Assembly: GCA_015068155.1 (NCBI GenBank) | Contig: SVLC01000002.1 | Span: forward strand, 12,653-76,652 | From: Oscillospiraceae bacterium | GTDB taxonomy: Bacteria > Bacillota > Clostridia > Oscillospirales > Oscillospiraceae | Length of the DNA: 64,000 bases | Direction of reading: 5' to 3' | In this document: positions 40,501 to 48,969 of the stretch, one piece after another | Layout of the letters: every line of letters begins with the position of its first letter | Numbering within the stretch: position 1 is the stretch's first letter | Program-made: the position numbers and the translations under genes | Notes under the pieces: generated by a model | What the model was told of the DNA's origin: nothing | The model's input: only the letters and a program-made list of their open reading frames with translations | Databases searched by the model: none

Positions 40501-41079
40501 CCAGTCTTTGGGGTCTAAATGGCAGCGGGCGCTGTCATATACCTGCATAACCAATTCCGGTATTTGCCGATCATCTCTGCCCACCCCTTGCGTGTCAACA
40601 AAACTGCAAAAGTCGGGGTTCTCAGCTGCGCTTGCATAGGCATCCAGCAGAACCTTTTCCATTACCGTTTCCCGGAGGCGCTGACATTGCTGCTCATCCG
40701 CCACCCGGAAATCGGCGCTTAAATCCAGCCGGTAGGCATACTCCCGGAGAATATCGCCGCAAAACGCATGAACTGTGGATATCTTCGCCAAATACAGCCG
40801 CTGCTGCTGGCGCTGCAGATGCCGGTTGGCCGGATCCATAGCCACCTGTTCTGCCAATTTGGCAGCGATCTTTCCCCGTAGCTCCGCAGCCGCCGCTTTG
40901 GTATAGGTGATCATCAAAAAATCGTCAATATTTGCAGGATGTACCGGATCCATAAGATAGCGCATCAGCCGGTCCACCAAAACCTTGGTTTTACCGGATC
41001 CGGCGGCAGCGGAGACCAGCAGCCTTCCGCCACGGTTTTCAACAGCCATTTGCTGCTGCGGTGTTAGTTTTTCAGCCAC
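37585..41079 (-). CDS. addA: AddAB helicase-nuclease subunit A
   Basis: SAAAGSGKT, VDEYQD, VGDVKQSIYQFR, SIHKSKGLEF, YVAMTRA, C-terminal DYKTD nuclease. Probable GTG start overlapping the addB end (alternative ATG at 41085). Confidence 0.96.
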   Translation of the reverse strand: MAEKLTPQQQMAVENRGGRLLVSAAAGSGKTKVLVDRLMRYLMDPVHPANIDDFLMITYTKAAAAELRGKIAAKLAEQVAMDPANRHLQRQQQRLYLAKISTVHAFCGDILREYAYRLDLSADFRVADEQQCQRLRETVMEKVLLDAYASAAENPDFCSFVDTQGVGRDDRQIPELVMQVYDSARCHLDPKDWLERCLSQTDTMNITDAAESLYGEFLMGQMKNWLQMYIQAMERCADLCQNTELAKVRNLLLDTVHQLRSLQECTAWDEVSVKKNVDFGRLVFPRNMDNDDRKEQIKAVRDGCKKGLEKITRAFTDSSDRVLADLRASAGAVRGLIGLVQAFAEGYEGAKAARRLLDFGDLEHKMLDLLLGKRRSSPTAAAREIGARFREVLVDEYQDSNAVQDAIYGALTEQRRNLFLVGDVKQSIYQFRLADPGIFLKKYRDFLPAENAETGQDRKVLLSRNFRSSGGVLSACNDVFSMCMSPAVGGLYYGPEEALYEGIPHIALPEPDVELCCVDVQEQTYPEEAAYVADRIRTMLDGKHYVRSGDRMRPITPEDIVILLRSPGSAGAYYEQALSKCGIRYTTGGGVDLLKTDEIVSLRACLQMIQNPRMDIPLLAALASPVFCFTADELASIRSCRRTGEFLDAMRLHSGVRTQKFLKDLTVLRTTARRESITVLLQQLFRLTHLESVYAAMDDGEQRLSNLQAFYQLAAEYEAGGNRDLGRFLEHLDAMDTHGLLSAGEASSQGCVSIMSIHKSKGLEFPVVFLCGLGREFNMESQRVPILCHKTMGLGLFAADSEKRIRYPTIAKRAIASKIGEETLSEELRVLYVAMTRAKDRLIMTYASNRLEKDLQQIVRRLDIGGKDLLARQAVCPGDWILLTAMQRAEAGALFAVGGRPGNVAVSHQPWKISVVTAPLAQTTVESHRSRIPMPDGLTEQIGQMLTFQYQHLAATSAPSKMTATQRKGRLKDEEAAEHTPQRSVRRQWRRPGFVSPQGKDYGNATHAVLQYIRYSACVDGDSVKEEIERLVRQKYISEEQAQMIDSGKIARFFATPFGKQLRTGEVIREFKFSVLEEGSAYDPALAGEYVLLQGVVDCALIESDGITILDYKTDRVTGEELSRRCNQYRPQVEAYADALRRIYKKPIKKTLLYFFHTEVFVEM

Positions 41080-44000
41080 GGTCATCCTCCTCTCCCAAGG
41101 CCTGCCAGAATTCCTCAGCAGACATTGCCTTATAGTTTCGCCGTCCCGCCACTGTCTCCTTACGGCAAATCTGACCGTAGGGGCAGAAACTGCAAGCGTC
41201 ATGGCTGGTTCCTCTGGTATAGGGATTGGGACTGACATCGCCGGATGCGATCTGATCCACCATACCGCTTAAAAGATCCATCACATATTTTTTCAGAATA
41301 CGCAGTTGCATTCTGTCGGCCACATCGCCGGTAATACTGCCATCCTTTTTCCGGGTGCAGCACAAGGTATCCAGCTTCTCCGACGGGTCCATAGCATCCA
41401 GAGAATCCTCGTTTTCCAGCAGCAGACCGCTGCGTTTCCACATTTTTTTTCGCTGACCTTCCGCTTCTTCCGGGGTCATGGAACCATCCACGCTTACATA
41501 TGGCGCTCTGGCCGGGAAGTACTGTACGCCGGCGCTGATGCGTCCTGGGCCGATCAATTCTTCGCCGGCATCTTCCAGGGCAAACAGATAAAGAAGCATC
41601 TGTAGGCCCACGCCGTTGTATACATCGCAGTAATCAAAATCCTTTTTGCCGGTTTTGTAATCCACCACGCGAACAAATCTGCTGTTTTCATTTTTCCACA
41701 CATCCACCCGGTCCACAAAGCCCCGCAGCCGCGCTTGCAGGGTTTCGGAGGGAATCTCGATGGCAGGCATTTGACCATCACGGTCAAACTGTAATTCAAA
41801 ATAACTTGGCACATACTCCGCCTGGCTCAATTCTCGCCACAATTCTCTGACCACCATCCGCAATTCCTCAGTATTCCGCCGGAACAAATACTCCATCCGC
41901 TGAGATTCCAACTGTGAAAAATGCGCCTGAGCATATTTGGCAGAATGCTGTTCCGCAATGGCAAGGGTGGTTTCCAGGTCAACCTGACGGAAGCCTCCGC
42001 GGCTCATCACTTCCTTTGCGGTTTCCTCCAGCACAGCATGTACATAAGTGCCAAATTCCGCCGGATCCACAGTGGCTTCTTTTCGTTCCTGCGCCCGCAG
42101 ACCGTATTTCAAGAAATAGGACAGCCGACATTCTGCCTGTCGGTCTACCTGAGATGCGGAAAGAATCAATTTGTTGCCGTATATACCCCGGATATGCTCC
42201 GGTGTTACGGTACCCAGGCTATAGCCGCTTCTGTAAAGGCTATCCAAATAATTATTTTCCAAACCAAGGGTTTGGGCGCCGCTTTGATCCTGATAGTGCG
42301 CCAGCATAGCAGCTGCAGCATAGGGATCCGAACAAGCGTTTTGCGGATCAAACGCCCACTCTTTTCCTGCCATAGCAGCCAAACGATGATAAATAAAGGA
42401 GGGCTGATCGGCGCTGCAATACAGCGAGATATGGTTTTCCGCGCCGCAAAAAACACCGTAGATCTCTGCATACTCCGCCTGCAGACCGTCCATGGCGCCG
42501 CCGGTAAGAGGCACGCCTAAGCTGCGAAGCATGACCCGCTCCAGATCCGTCAGCAAACCGCCGGAACCGGCGTAACCGGGCAGATTTCCTTCTTCCGCGC
42601 CCAGCACAATGAGCATCTTTTGCTGCTGACAGCGCATGGTGCTTACCGTTCCGGCCATCACCGAATCCAGCACCGGCGGGATCGTTCCCACATCGTACTG
42701 ACTCAAAAGCAGCCGTAAAAGCCGCTGGAAGGTATCCGGCTGCCAGCTGACGGCGCCCAATACATCATACATCTGCTCCAATGCGCCCAAAAGGATTTCC
42801 CAAAGTTGGTTCAAAATCTGGGCGCTGCGATTATCCCCCGCCAGGTCCATGCTCTGAGCCAGAGCATCCAGCCGGGACGCAAAATCCAGGTCCTCCAGGA
42901 AACCGTAGATTGCCACCACCATATCCCCCAAACGGGTAGCCTGCTCAATACCGGTGCGCAGGCGTTCCAGCGGTTGTATGACCCTGCAGCGAATATCATT
43001 CAGTTCCTGCAATCGCTGGATGGAATCCTGATCGATCATGGCCGACAGCCCCATGGGATGATTTTCCCAGGGTTTCAGCCATTTGGAACCGGAGATGGCC
43101 CAAATCATTGCGTAGTTTTCCAGCCTGTCAGCTTCCTCCGGCTCCAGCGGCGACAGTACACTGCGGGAGTACCGCAACACATCCTGCCGTTCAAAGCCGC
43201 TCAGCGCCGCATCCAGCGCCCACAGCACCGTACTGATGACACTCGATTGCAGGATATCCTCCGTACCGGATAAATACAGAGGAATACCATATTTGCCGAA
43301 TATCAGCCGCAGCACCGGACCATAGACAGTCACATTGGGACAAACCAAAGCAAAATCCCGATAGCGAAGTCCATCGCGTACCCGCTGGGAGATCTCTTCC
43401 GCCGCCGCCTGACATTCCTGATATATGCTGCCGGTCCGGCAGACCCGCAGCAAATCCGGATCTTCCAAAACAGCAGGATTTCCCCGGAAAAGCTGGCGCC
43501 GAACCAAACGCAATCCGTCATCCCGTTCCTCTATCTGCTGAATTTGCAGCTTTACGCCGTGTTTTTTTGCCAAGCTGATCAATTCCCGTGCAGTGCGTCC
43601 AGCCGTCTCAAATGCCGGATCCACGGAATCCGGACAATCACAGTTGAGACTCACCGTTACCTGCTCACTATGTAGGATCATATGCTCCAAAATCGCCAGG
43701 TGCTGACGGGTGAAGTCCGGAAACCCATCAATATAGAAAACATGGTTTTCCGCAAAATCCATTTCCTCCAGTTGCTCCAGGACCCAGGTCATCTGACTTC
43801 TGGGATCCCGCTTGCCTTGCTGGCAAATGGAATCGTAGCTTTCCAAAATCAAAGACAGTTCTTCCAGTTTTTGGGCCAGACTGCCCTCCGTCTGCATGGA
43901 CGCCGCTTTCAGATCCCCGGGTCCGATGCAGCAGCGCTTGAATTCGTCCACGGCATCCACCATATCCGTCAAGAACTCCGGCTTGGTTTCCAGCGCCGCA

Positions 44001-44320
44001 TAGGCCTTTAAGCGGCTATGCAGCTGGCCAACTGCCGCCGCCATAGCCACCACCCGGCCACCGTTATCCAAGGTTTCTTCCGCGCCGTTGCCTACAAGAT
44101 CGCATATCCGCCGCCCCAGCCGGGTGAAGCTGAGTACCTGGGCAAAGCGGCTGGAGGTATCCCCTGCCATAGCCGCCAAACGACGCTCCGTATCGTGGCT
44201 GATCAGCTCCGGCACCATCAGGATGCGCCCGGGTTTTTCATCCTGCACATCCTTGGCAAGTCTGGTGAGTATTTCCTTACGGTTGGCAGTCCAATCCCTG
44301 CCCAGCAGCAAAGTCAGCAT
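41072..44320 (-). CDS. addB: AddAB helicase-nuclease subunit B
   Basis: LMVPE, YIDGFPDFT, GFVDRVD...VVDYKTG PD-(D/E)XK domain, Fe-S cysteines (ECRLSYF, CSFCPYGQIC); adjacent to addA. Confidence 0.93.
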   Translation of the reverse strand: MLTLLLGRDWTANRKEILTRLAKDVQDEKPGRILMVPELISHDTERRLAAMAGDTSSRFAQVLSFTRLGRRICDLVGNGAEETLDNGGRVVAMAAAVGQLHSRLKAYAALETKPEFLTDMVDAVDEFKRCCIGPGDLKAASMQTEGSLAQKLEELSLILESYDSICQQGKRDPRSQMTWVLEQLEEMDFAENHVFYIDGFPDFTRQHLAILEHMILHSEQVTVSLNCDCPDSVDPAFETAGRTARELISLAKKHGVKLQIQQIEERDDGLRLVRRQLFRGNPAVLEDPDLLRVCRTGSIYQECQAAAEEISQRVRDGLRYRDFALVCPNVTVYGPVLRLIFGKYGIPLYLSGTEDILQSSVISTVLWALDAALSGFERQDVLRYSRSVLSPLEPEEADRLENYAMIWAISGSKWLKPWENHPMGLSAMIDQDSIQRLQELNDIRCRVIQPLERLRTGIEQATRLGDMVVAIYGFLEDLDFASRLDALAQSMDLAGDNRSAQILNQLWEILLGALEQMYDVLGAVSWQPDTFQRLLRLLLSQYDVGTIPPVLDSVMAGTVSTMRCQQQKMLIVLGAEEGNLPGYAGSGGLLTDLERVMLRSLGVPLTGGAMDGLQAEYAEIYGVFCGAENHISLYCSADQPSFIYHRLAAMAGKEWAFDPQNACSDPYAAAAMLAHYQDQSGAQTLGLENNYLDSLYRSGYSLGTVTPEHIRGIYGNKLILSASQVDRQAECRLSYFLKYGLRAQERKEATVDPAEFGTYVHAVLEETAKEVMSRGGFRQVDLETTLAIAEQHSAKYAQAHFSQLESQRMEYLFRRNTEELRMVVRELWRELSQAEYVPSYFELQFDRDGQMPAIEIPSETLQARLRGFVDRVDVWKNENSRFVRVVDYKTGKKDFDYCDVYNGVGLQMLLYLFALEDAGEELIGPGRISAGVQYFPARAPYVSVDGSMTPEEAEGQRKKMWKRSGLLLENEDSLDAMDPSEKLDTLCCTRKKDGSITGDVADRMQLRILKKYVMDLLSGMVDQIASGDVSPNPYTRGTSHDACSFCPYGQICRKETVAGRRNYKAMSAEEFWQALGEEDDRG

Positions 44321-44387
44321 CTTGCCACCGCCTTTCTCTCTTTTTCTACATCATATCACATCTATCCGGCAAAATACAGAGGAAGAT

Positions 44388-44819
44388 TCATTCCCCGAAG
44401 AAGAATTTTTCCACCTTATCCAGCAATTCCGCAAAATAAAACCGTATGCGGTATTTTTCTGTTTCCGCAAACGAAGCCGACCATACCTCTTCCCGGAAAA
44501 GATCCGCTACTATATCCTCGGAATCCAATTGCCGAAACATATCCTGAGCTGCCTCCCGGATCCTTGGCAGATGCGCATGGATGTAGCTGCCGGCCTGCTG
44601 CATATCGGATGCATCTGCCACCGCCTGCCGCAAAGAAGCAAGCAGACCATCCCATGGCCGCATTTGCCCCGGGTAGTTTTCTGCCTGCTGAACATCTGCT
44701 GCTGCACACCGGCCGGTCAGTTCGTCACGCAAAGCCTCTCTGTCTGCCAAAAAACCTCCCCAATAGAAACAGCCGACAATAACCGCCAAAAACAGCAGCC
44801 GTCTGATGATTTTTCCCAT
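44388..44819 (-). CDS. Divergent, internally deleted SpoIIR-like exported protein
   Basis: Signal peptide, LADREALRDEL, YIHAHLPRIREAA and the C-terminal YRIRFYFAELL resemble SpoIIR. It lies downstream of ispE and has a forespore-type promoter, but the core motifs are missing. Confidence 0.6.
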   Translation of the reverse strand: MGKIIRRLLFLAVIVGCFYWGGFLADREALRDELTGRCAAADVQQAENYPGQMRPWDGLLASLRQAVADASDMQQAGSYIHAHLPRIREAAQDMFRQLDSEDIVADLFREEVWSASFAETEKYRIRFYFAELLDKVEKFFFGE

Positions 44820-44825
44820 AAAAAC

Positions 44826-44876
44826 ACCGTCCATACTGATTTTCCTCAGTATGGACGGTTTTGAACGGAATTATAC
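44826..44876 (-). promoter_or_regulatory. SigF/SigG-like promoter embedded in a 14-bp perfect inverted repeat
   Basis: GTATA-N18-CATACTG on the minus strand; ACCGTCCATACTGA/TCAGTATGGACGGT stem at 44826-44859. Confidence 0.55.
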
Positions 44877-45728
44877 GGGTTTGGCAATATACACCAGGGG
44901 GTAATTTCCCCGCAGCATATTGCAGATCACAGCTGCGTTTTCAAAATTGGAACAAATGCCGAACACAGCCGAACCGGAGCCAGTCATTTGCATACCCACG
45001 GCACCGTAGCTGTTCATAATGGATTTGATATAGTTCAGTTCCAAATGCGCTTCGGTGACTATCGGATCGAACACATTGTAAACATTGGTCACGATCTGCT
45101 CCAGATCACCTGACAGGAACGCCCGTTCCATAGCCTGATGGTCCGGCCGCTTGCCGATCACTTTCTCATCCAGTTCCCGGTAAAGCTCCGGCGTGGATAC
45201 GGAGAAATCCGGCTTGCACACCACAAAAATGCAATCGGGCATATCCGGCATTCGACGGATGCGGTCACCGCGGCCTTCTACGGTGGCAGTTCCGCAAAGC
45301 ACGCAAAAAGGAACATCGCTGCCAACCCGCGCGCCCAATTCCGCCAACGCAGGCAGAGAAAGGGGCATTTCGTAATGACGGTTCAATGCCCGCAGCACAG
45401 CCGCTGCATCAGCGCTGCCGCCGCCGAGACCGGCTTCCACAGGAATACGCTTGGTGATACGGATCTGCAAACCGTCAGGGTCCTTGCCGGTGGCACCGAA
45501 GAACACTTCCGCAGCCTTCCAGGCTAGATTGGTGCTGTCGGTGGGAATTCCTTCCTTATCGCAAAGAAGACTCCAGGCTTTGCCGGTTCCCAGATCGATC
45601 TCAATATCATCCCGCAAAGAAATGGTCTGCATAACACTTTTTATGTCATGGTAACCATCGGCGCGCTTACCAAGCACATCCAAGGTAAGATTGATTTTCG
45701 CAAAAGCGCCTTCGTACAGGGTAATCAT
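44871..45728 (-). CDS. ispE: 4-diphosphocytidyl-2-C-methyl-D-erythritol kinase
   Basis: AKINLTLDV, KRIPVEAGLGGGSADAAA, GSDVPFC, MTGSGSAVF. Confidence 0.97.
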   Translation of the reverse strand: MITLYEGAFAKINLTLDVLGKRADGYHDIKSVMQTISLRDDIEIDLGTGKAWSLLCDKEGIPTDSTNLAWKAAEVFFGATGKDPDGLQIRITKRIPVEAGLGGGSADAAAVLRALNRHYEMPLSLPALAELGARVGSDVPFCVLCGTATVEGRGDRIRRMPDMPDCIFVVCKPDFSVSTPELYRELDEKVIGKRPDHQAMERAFLSGDLEQIVTNVYNVFDPIVTEAHLELNYIKSIMNSYGAVGMQMTGSGSAVFGICSNFENAAVICNMLRGNYPLVYIAKPV

Positions 45729-46963
45729 TTGATCTTTCTACCTTCCAAATAGTATCTCTTTTCACGGGCATGACCCATGGAGAAGGTCTTTCTGGGCAGC
45801 ACGCCGCCGGAAATCACACCGCGGAACAGCTGATGCTTCTCCATGCTGGGCAGCAGGAAGCCAATGGCATTTTCCTTCTGGGCCAGTTCAGCCACTTCGT
45901 CGTCGCCATGGATGTAGTCGATCTCGCAGGGATTGTTCTTCATCCACTGATCCAGGAACTCCTGCAGAACTGCCACAGCCAGCTCACCCTTGGCCTTATC
46001 CAGGTAGAGAGTGCCACGCTCTGCGCCCATCACATATTCCACAGCAAAGCCGTCTTCAGCGCAGACAGCCTTCAGGTCGTCCAGCAGCTTCTTGCCGTTG
46101 ACATCAAAGAGGATGCGGTGAATAGGCTCGAAAACCTGGGAATCATCATGGATGTTTTCCAGTTCAACCAAAGCAAAGCGGGCGGGATGGTTGCTCAGAT
46201 CCACACCGGGATTGGCGGCCTTCAGCGCCTCGTAGCAGCTCTTGGTAGTAGCCAGAGAATGGTTGCCGTCGCCCACAGCCAGGGTCACGGGCGCGCCCTT
46301 CAGATCGGCGTACTTGGCGGGAACGGAAGCGATATACTCCGCCAGACGGGCATCGAAATCCTGGGCCACCTGACCCTGGACCAGCCAACCGGTAATGTGG
46401 CCGCCGCCCTCCATCAGATCGAAGTCATAAAGCAGAGGAAGCTGGGCCTTCAGCGCAGCAATGGGCTCCAGCAGCTGCTTCTTGTCATCATCGCACAGCA
46501 TCAGCACATGGGGGAACTCGATGCCGGCATCCTTACGAACCCGCTGACGGGGCGGAATACGCTCCAGAACGGTCTTCTCGGTGGCGCGGACGGCGGAAAC
46601 GGAACCGGGATTATAATCATACTCCTCCAGGTCCACAGCGCCGATCAGGCCAGGACGGACGGTGCCGTTAAGCAGCGTGCGCTCAACATACACATAAGAG
46701 CCGGCGTATGTAGCGAACACATCACCAGCCAGATAAGCGTCCATGGTGGCATTGATCTTCTTGACGCAGGCAGCCTCATCGGCGCTGCCCAGGTGGGCCT
46801 CAGGCAGGATCATGTGCAGCGTGGAGGCTTCCTGGCCAACGGTATCGGCAACGCGCTGCCAATATGCCGTATCGGAAGTAAACTGATCGCAGGCAATTAC
46901 AGCCCAGCGATGCATATCTGCGGACTTAGGGAGCAAAATATCGGTGGAACCAAAAATTTTCAT
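45725..46963 (-). CDS. DUF1015 family protein
   Basis: WAVIACDQFTS, RATEKTV..RIPPR, AVGDGNHSLA, LPRKTFSMG. Confidence 0.88.
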   Translation of the reverse strand: MKIFGSTDILLPKSADMHRWAVIACDQFTSDTAYWQRVADTVGQEASTLHMILPEAHLGSADEAACVKKINATMDAYLAGDVFATYAGSYVYVERTLLNGTVRPGLIGAVDLEEYDYNPGSVSAVRATEKTVLERIPPRQRVRKDAGIEFPHVLMLCDDDKKQLLEPIAALKAQLPLLYDFDLMEGGGHITGWLVQGQVAQDFDARLAEYIASVPAKYADLKGAPVTLAVGDGNHSLATTKSCYEALKAANPGVDLSNHPARFALVELENIHDDSQVFEPIHRILFDVNGKKLLDDLKAVCAEDGFAVEYVMGAERGTLYLDKAKGELAVAVLQEFLDQWMKNNPCEIDYIHGDDEVAELAQKENAIGFLLPSMEKHQLFRGVISGGVLPRKTFSMGHAREKRYYLEGRKIK

Positions 46964-47097
46964 TTGGGCACATCCTTTCGGTTTTTATTTAACTATAGTA
47001 TTATACTGAATGAGGAAACAATAGTCAATCATAAAGTATAATTTTTTGCCGAACGGAAACACTAATTTCAGTAAAAATTCACAAGGAGGTGAATATA

Positions 47098-47301
47098 ATG
47101 GATATTTTGGCATTGATCTTATCCGTGGTAGGCTGCGTAAACTGGGGTCTTGTGGGTATTCTGAAATTCGATCTGGTGGCATGGCTGTTCGGTGCCGGCA
47201 GCGTCCTCAGCCGTATTATTTATACGGTGATCGCGCTGGCAGGTCTGTGGTGCATTACTTTCTTCTTCCGTAAGAGCAGGCTGGGGCAGGAAGCCGAATA
47301 A
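47098..47301 (+). CDS. DUF378 (YuzA-like) membrane protein
   Basis: GCVNWGLVGILKFDLVAWLFG...SRIIY. AGGAGG RBS and a SigF/G-like promoter GTATA-N14-GGAAACACTA at 47036-47064. Confidence 0.9.
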   Translation: MDILALILSVVGCVNWGLVGILKFDLVAWLFGAGSVLSRIIYTVIALAGLWCITFFFRKSRLGQEAE

Positions 47302-47305
47302 TAAC

Positions 47306-47334
47306 AAAGACGGCGGCAAAATGCCGCCGTCTTT
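47306..47334. terminator. Bidirectional terminator
   Basis: AAAGACGGCGGCA/TGCCGCCGTCTTT. Confidence 0.8.
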
Positions 47335-47349
47335 CAATTGATTCACAGA

Positions 47350-48696
47350 TCAGTCCTTCACGCGGACGATGCACTCCTGCACCTCGCCCATATATTCCAC
47401 ATAGACGATCTTATACTTGGTCTTATAGGACCAGTTGTTTTTCAGACCCTTCACAACGCCGGTCTCGCTGACGCTGATGAAGCCCTCTTCCGCGGTGCTG
47501 AACTTCAGCTCGGAAGGATCGATACGCTCACCATTGCTGTCGTATGCCTTCAGGGTGAAAGAACCGCCAACCTTGATGGTGGTATCATAGGTAGACAGGG
47601 TGAAGCCGCCCTGGCTGGCCTTATTGCAGCGAACGATGCAAGTCGCGCGCTGATCCTGGTACACAGCGGTAATGGTGGCCTGGCCGTTGCCCACGGCGGT
47701 GACGATACCGTTGACTACCGTAGCCACTTCTTCATTGCTGGAAGTCCAGGTGATGGCAGCGGGATCCAACTCACCGTCATACAGGTTATGGGTGGTGCCG
47801 TGGCCTTCCAAAGTGAAGTCGCTTCTGTTCAGTTCCAGCTTCACATAGGGAATCGTGGGCTTGCTGCTGGAGCTGGGCTTGGGATTGGTAGGACCGGTAA
47901 CGGGAGGAACGCTGGGATAAGAGGGTTCTACGCCAACATTACAGGTAATTTCACAAGTGGTGCTGAATTCGCCGCAGGTTACAGTAATGATGACATTGCC
48001 ATCGGCCACAGCGGTAATCTTACCGTTGGTATCAACAGAAGCGATATACGGATCGCTGGAAGTAAACACAATAGGCTCCGTGGTATTTTCAGGCTCGGGC
48101 GTGGCGTTCAGCAGCAACATCTGACCGACCTGGGTAAACCGATAACTGGGCATGGACACTCGGATACCGGTGCAAAGCACGGGGTCTGTGGGTTTGACTG
48201 TGGAGGATGTGGAAGGCTGGGTCTGGGATGTGGTAGTAGACGGGCCCTCACTGGGATCACTCATACTGATCAGCTTAATAACCAAAAACGCGCAAACAAC
48301 CAAAATAGCCACCACAAGCACGATCGCCACGATCAGCAGCGCCACATTGGAAGAAAGCGTATCCTTCTTCTGGGGCTTGGGATCCCGGCGGCGAGGGGCG
48401 ATCAGGGGCGCATCATCCCGCTCTGCCTCAGCAGGCTGCTGGGGCGCAGGCGCGGGCCGTTCCTTCACCGGTCTGGCAGGCGCAGAAGTACGGGGCAGCT
48501 CTGTATTACCGCTGTTGCGTTTTTTTACATTGGCATGAGAAAACCTGCCGCCTTTTACATAGGAATATCCTTCAGCGCCAGTAGCGCCGTCAAACGAAGC
48601 GGCAGAAACATCGGATTTCACATTTCCACAGATGGGGCACTGGGTAGTGGTATCCGGGTAAGAAGTACCGCATACCTCACAAACGATCTTGCTCAT
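47350..48696 (-). CDS. Membrane-anchored protein: zinc ribbon, TM helix, three Ig-like (Big_2) domains
   Basis: CEVC...CPICG N-terminus, a single TM, and Big_2 motifs FTSSDPYIASVDTNGKITAV and WTSSNEEVATVVNGIVTAVGNG. Start at MSKIVC after GGAGG. Confidence 0.85.
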   Translation of the reverse strand: MSKIVCEVCGTSYPDTTTQCPICGNVKSDVSAASFDGATGAEGYSYVKGGRFSHANVKKRNSGNTELPRTSAPARPVKERPAPAPQQPAEAERDDAPLIAPRRRDPKPQKKDTLSSNVALLIVAIVLVVAILVVCAFLVIKLISMSDPSEGPSTTTSQTQPSTSSTVKPTDPVLCTGIRVSMPSYRFTQVGQMLLLNATPEPENTTEPIVFTSSDPYIASVDTNGKITAVADGNVIITVTCGEFSTTCEITCNVGVEPSYPSVPPVTGPTNPKPSSSSKPTIPYVKLELNRSDFTLEGHGTTHNLYDGELDPAAITWTSSNEEVATVVNGIVTAVGNGQATITAVYQDQRATCIVRCNKASQGGFTLSTYDTTIKVGGSFTLKAYDSNGERIDPSELKFSTAEEGFISVSETGVVKGLKNNWSYKTKYKIVYVEYMGEVQECIVRVKD

Positions 48697-48969
48697 GGAT
48701 TGACCTCCGTTCCGGTGCCGATGCACCTTTTTTTGTATTATAACATTTGCCACAGGATAAAACAACTATAATTTCAATTTTTATGTAAATTATTTTTGAA
48801 TACATAACATACCGGATCTTTCAATTCAAAAATCCTGATTCCCCGGACATTTCCTGCGAAAATAAGGAATTTTTATGAAGCAGACGACAAAATATGGCAG
48901 AAATCAGTTGCATTTTATCCCCTTTTATTTTATGATAGATTACAAGATTTTCAAAAGGAGGCGATCCGG

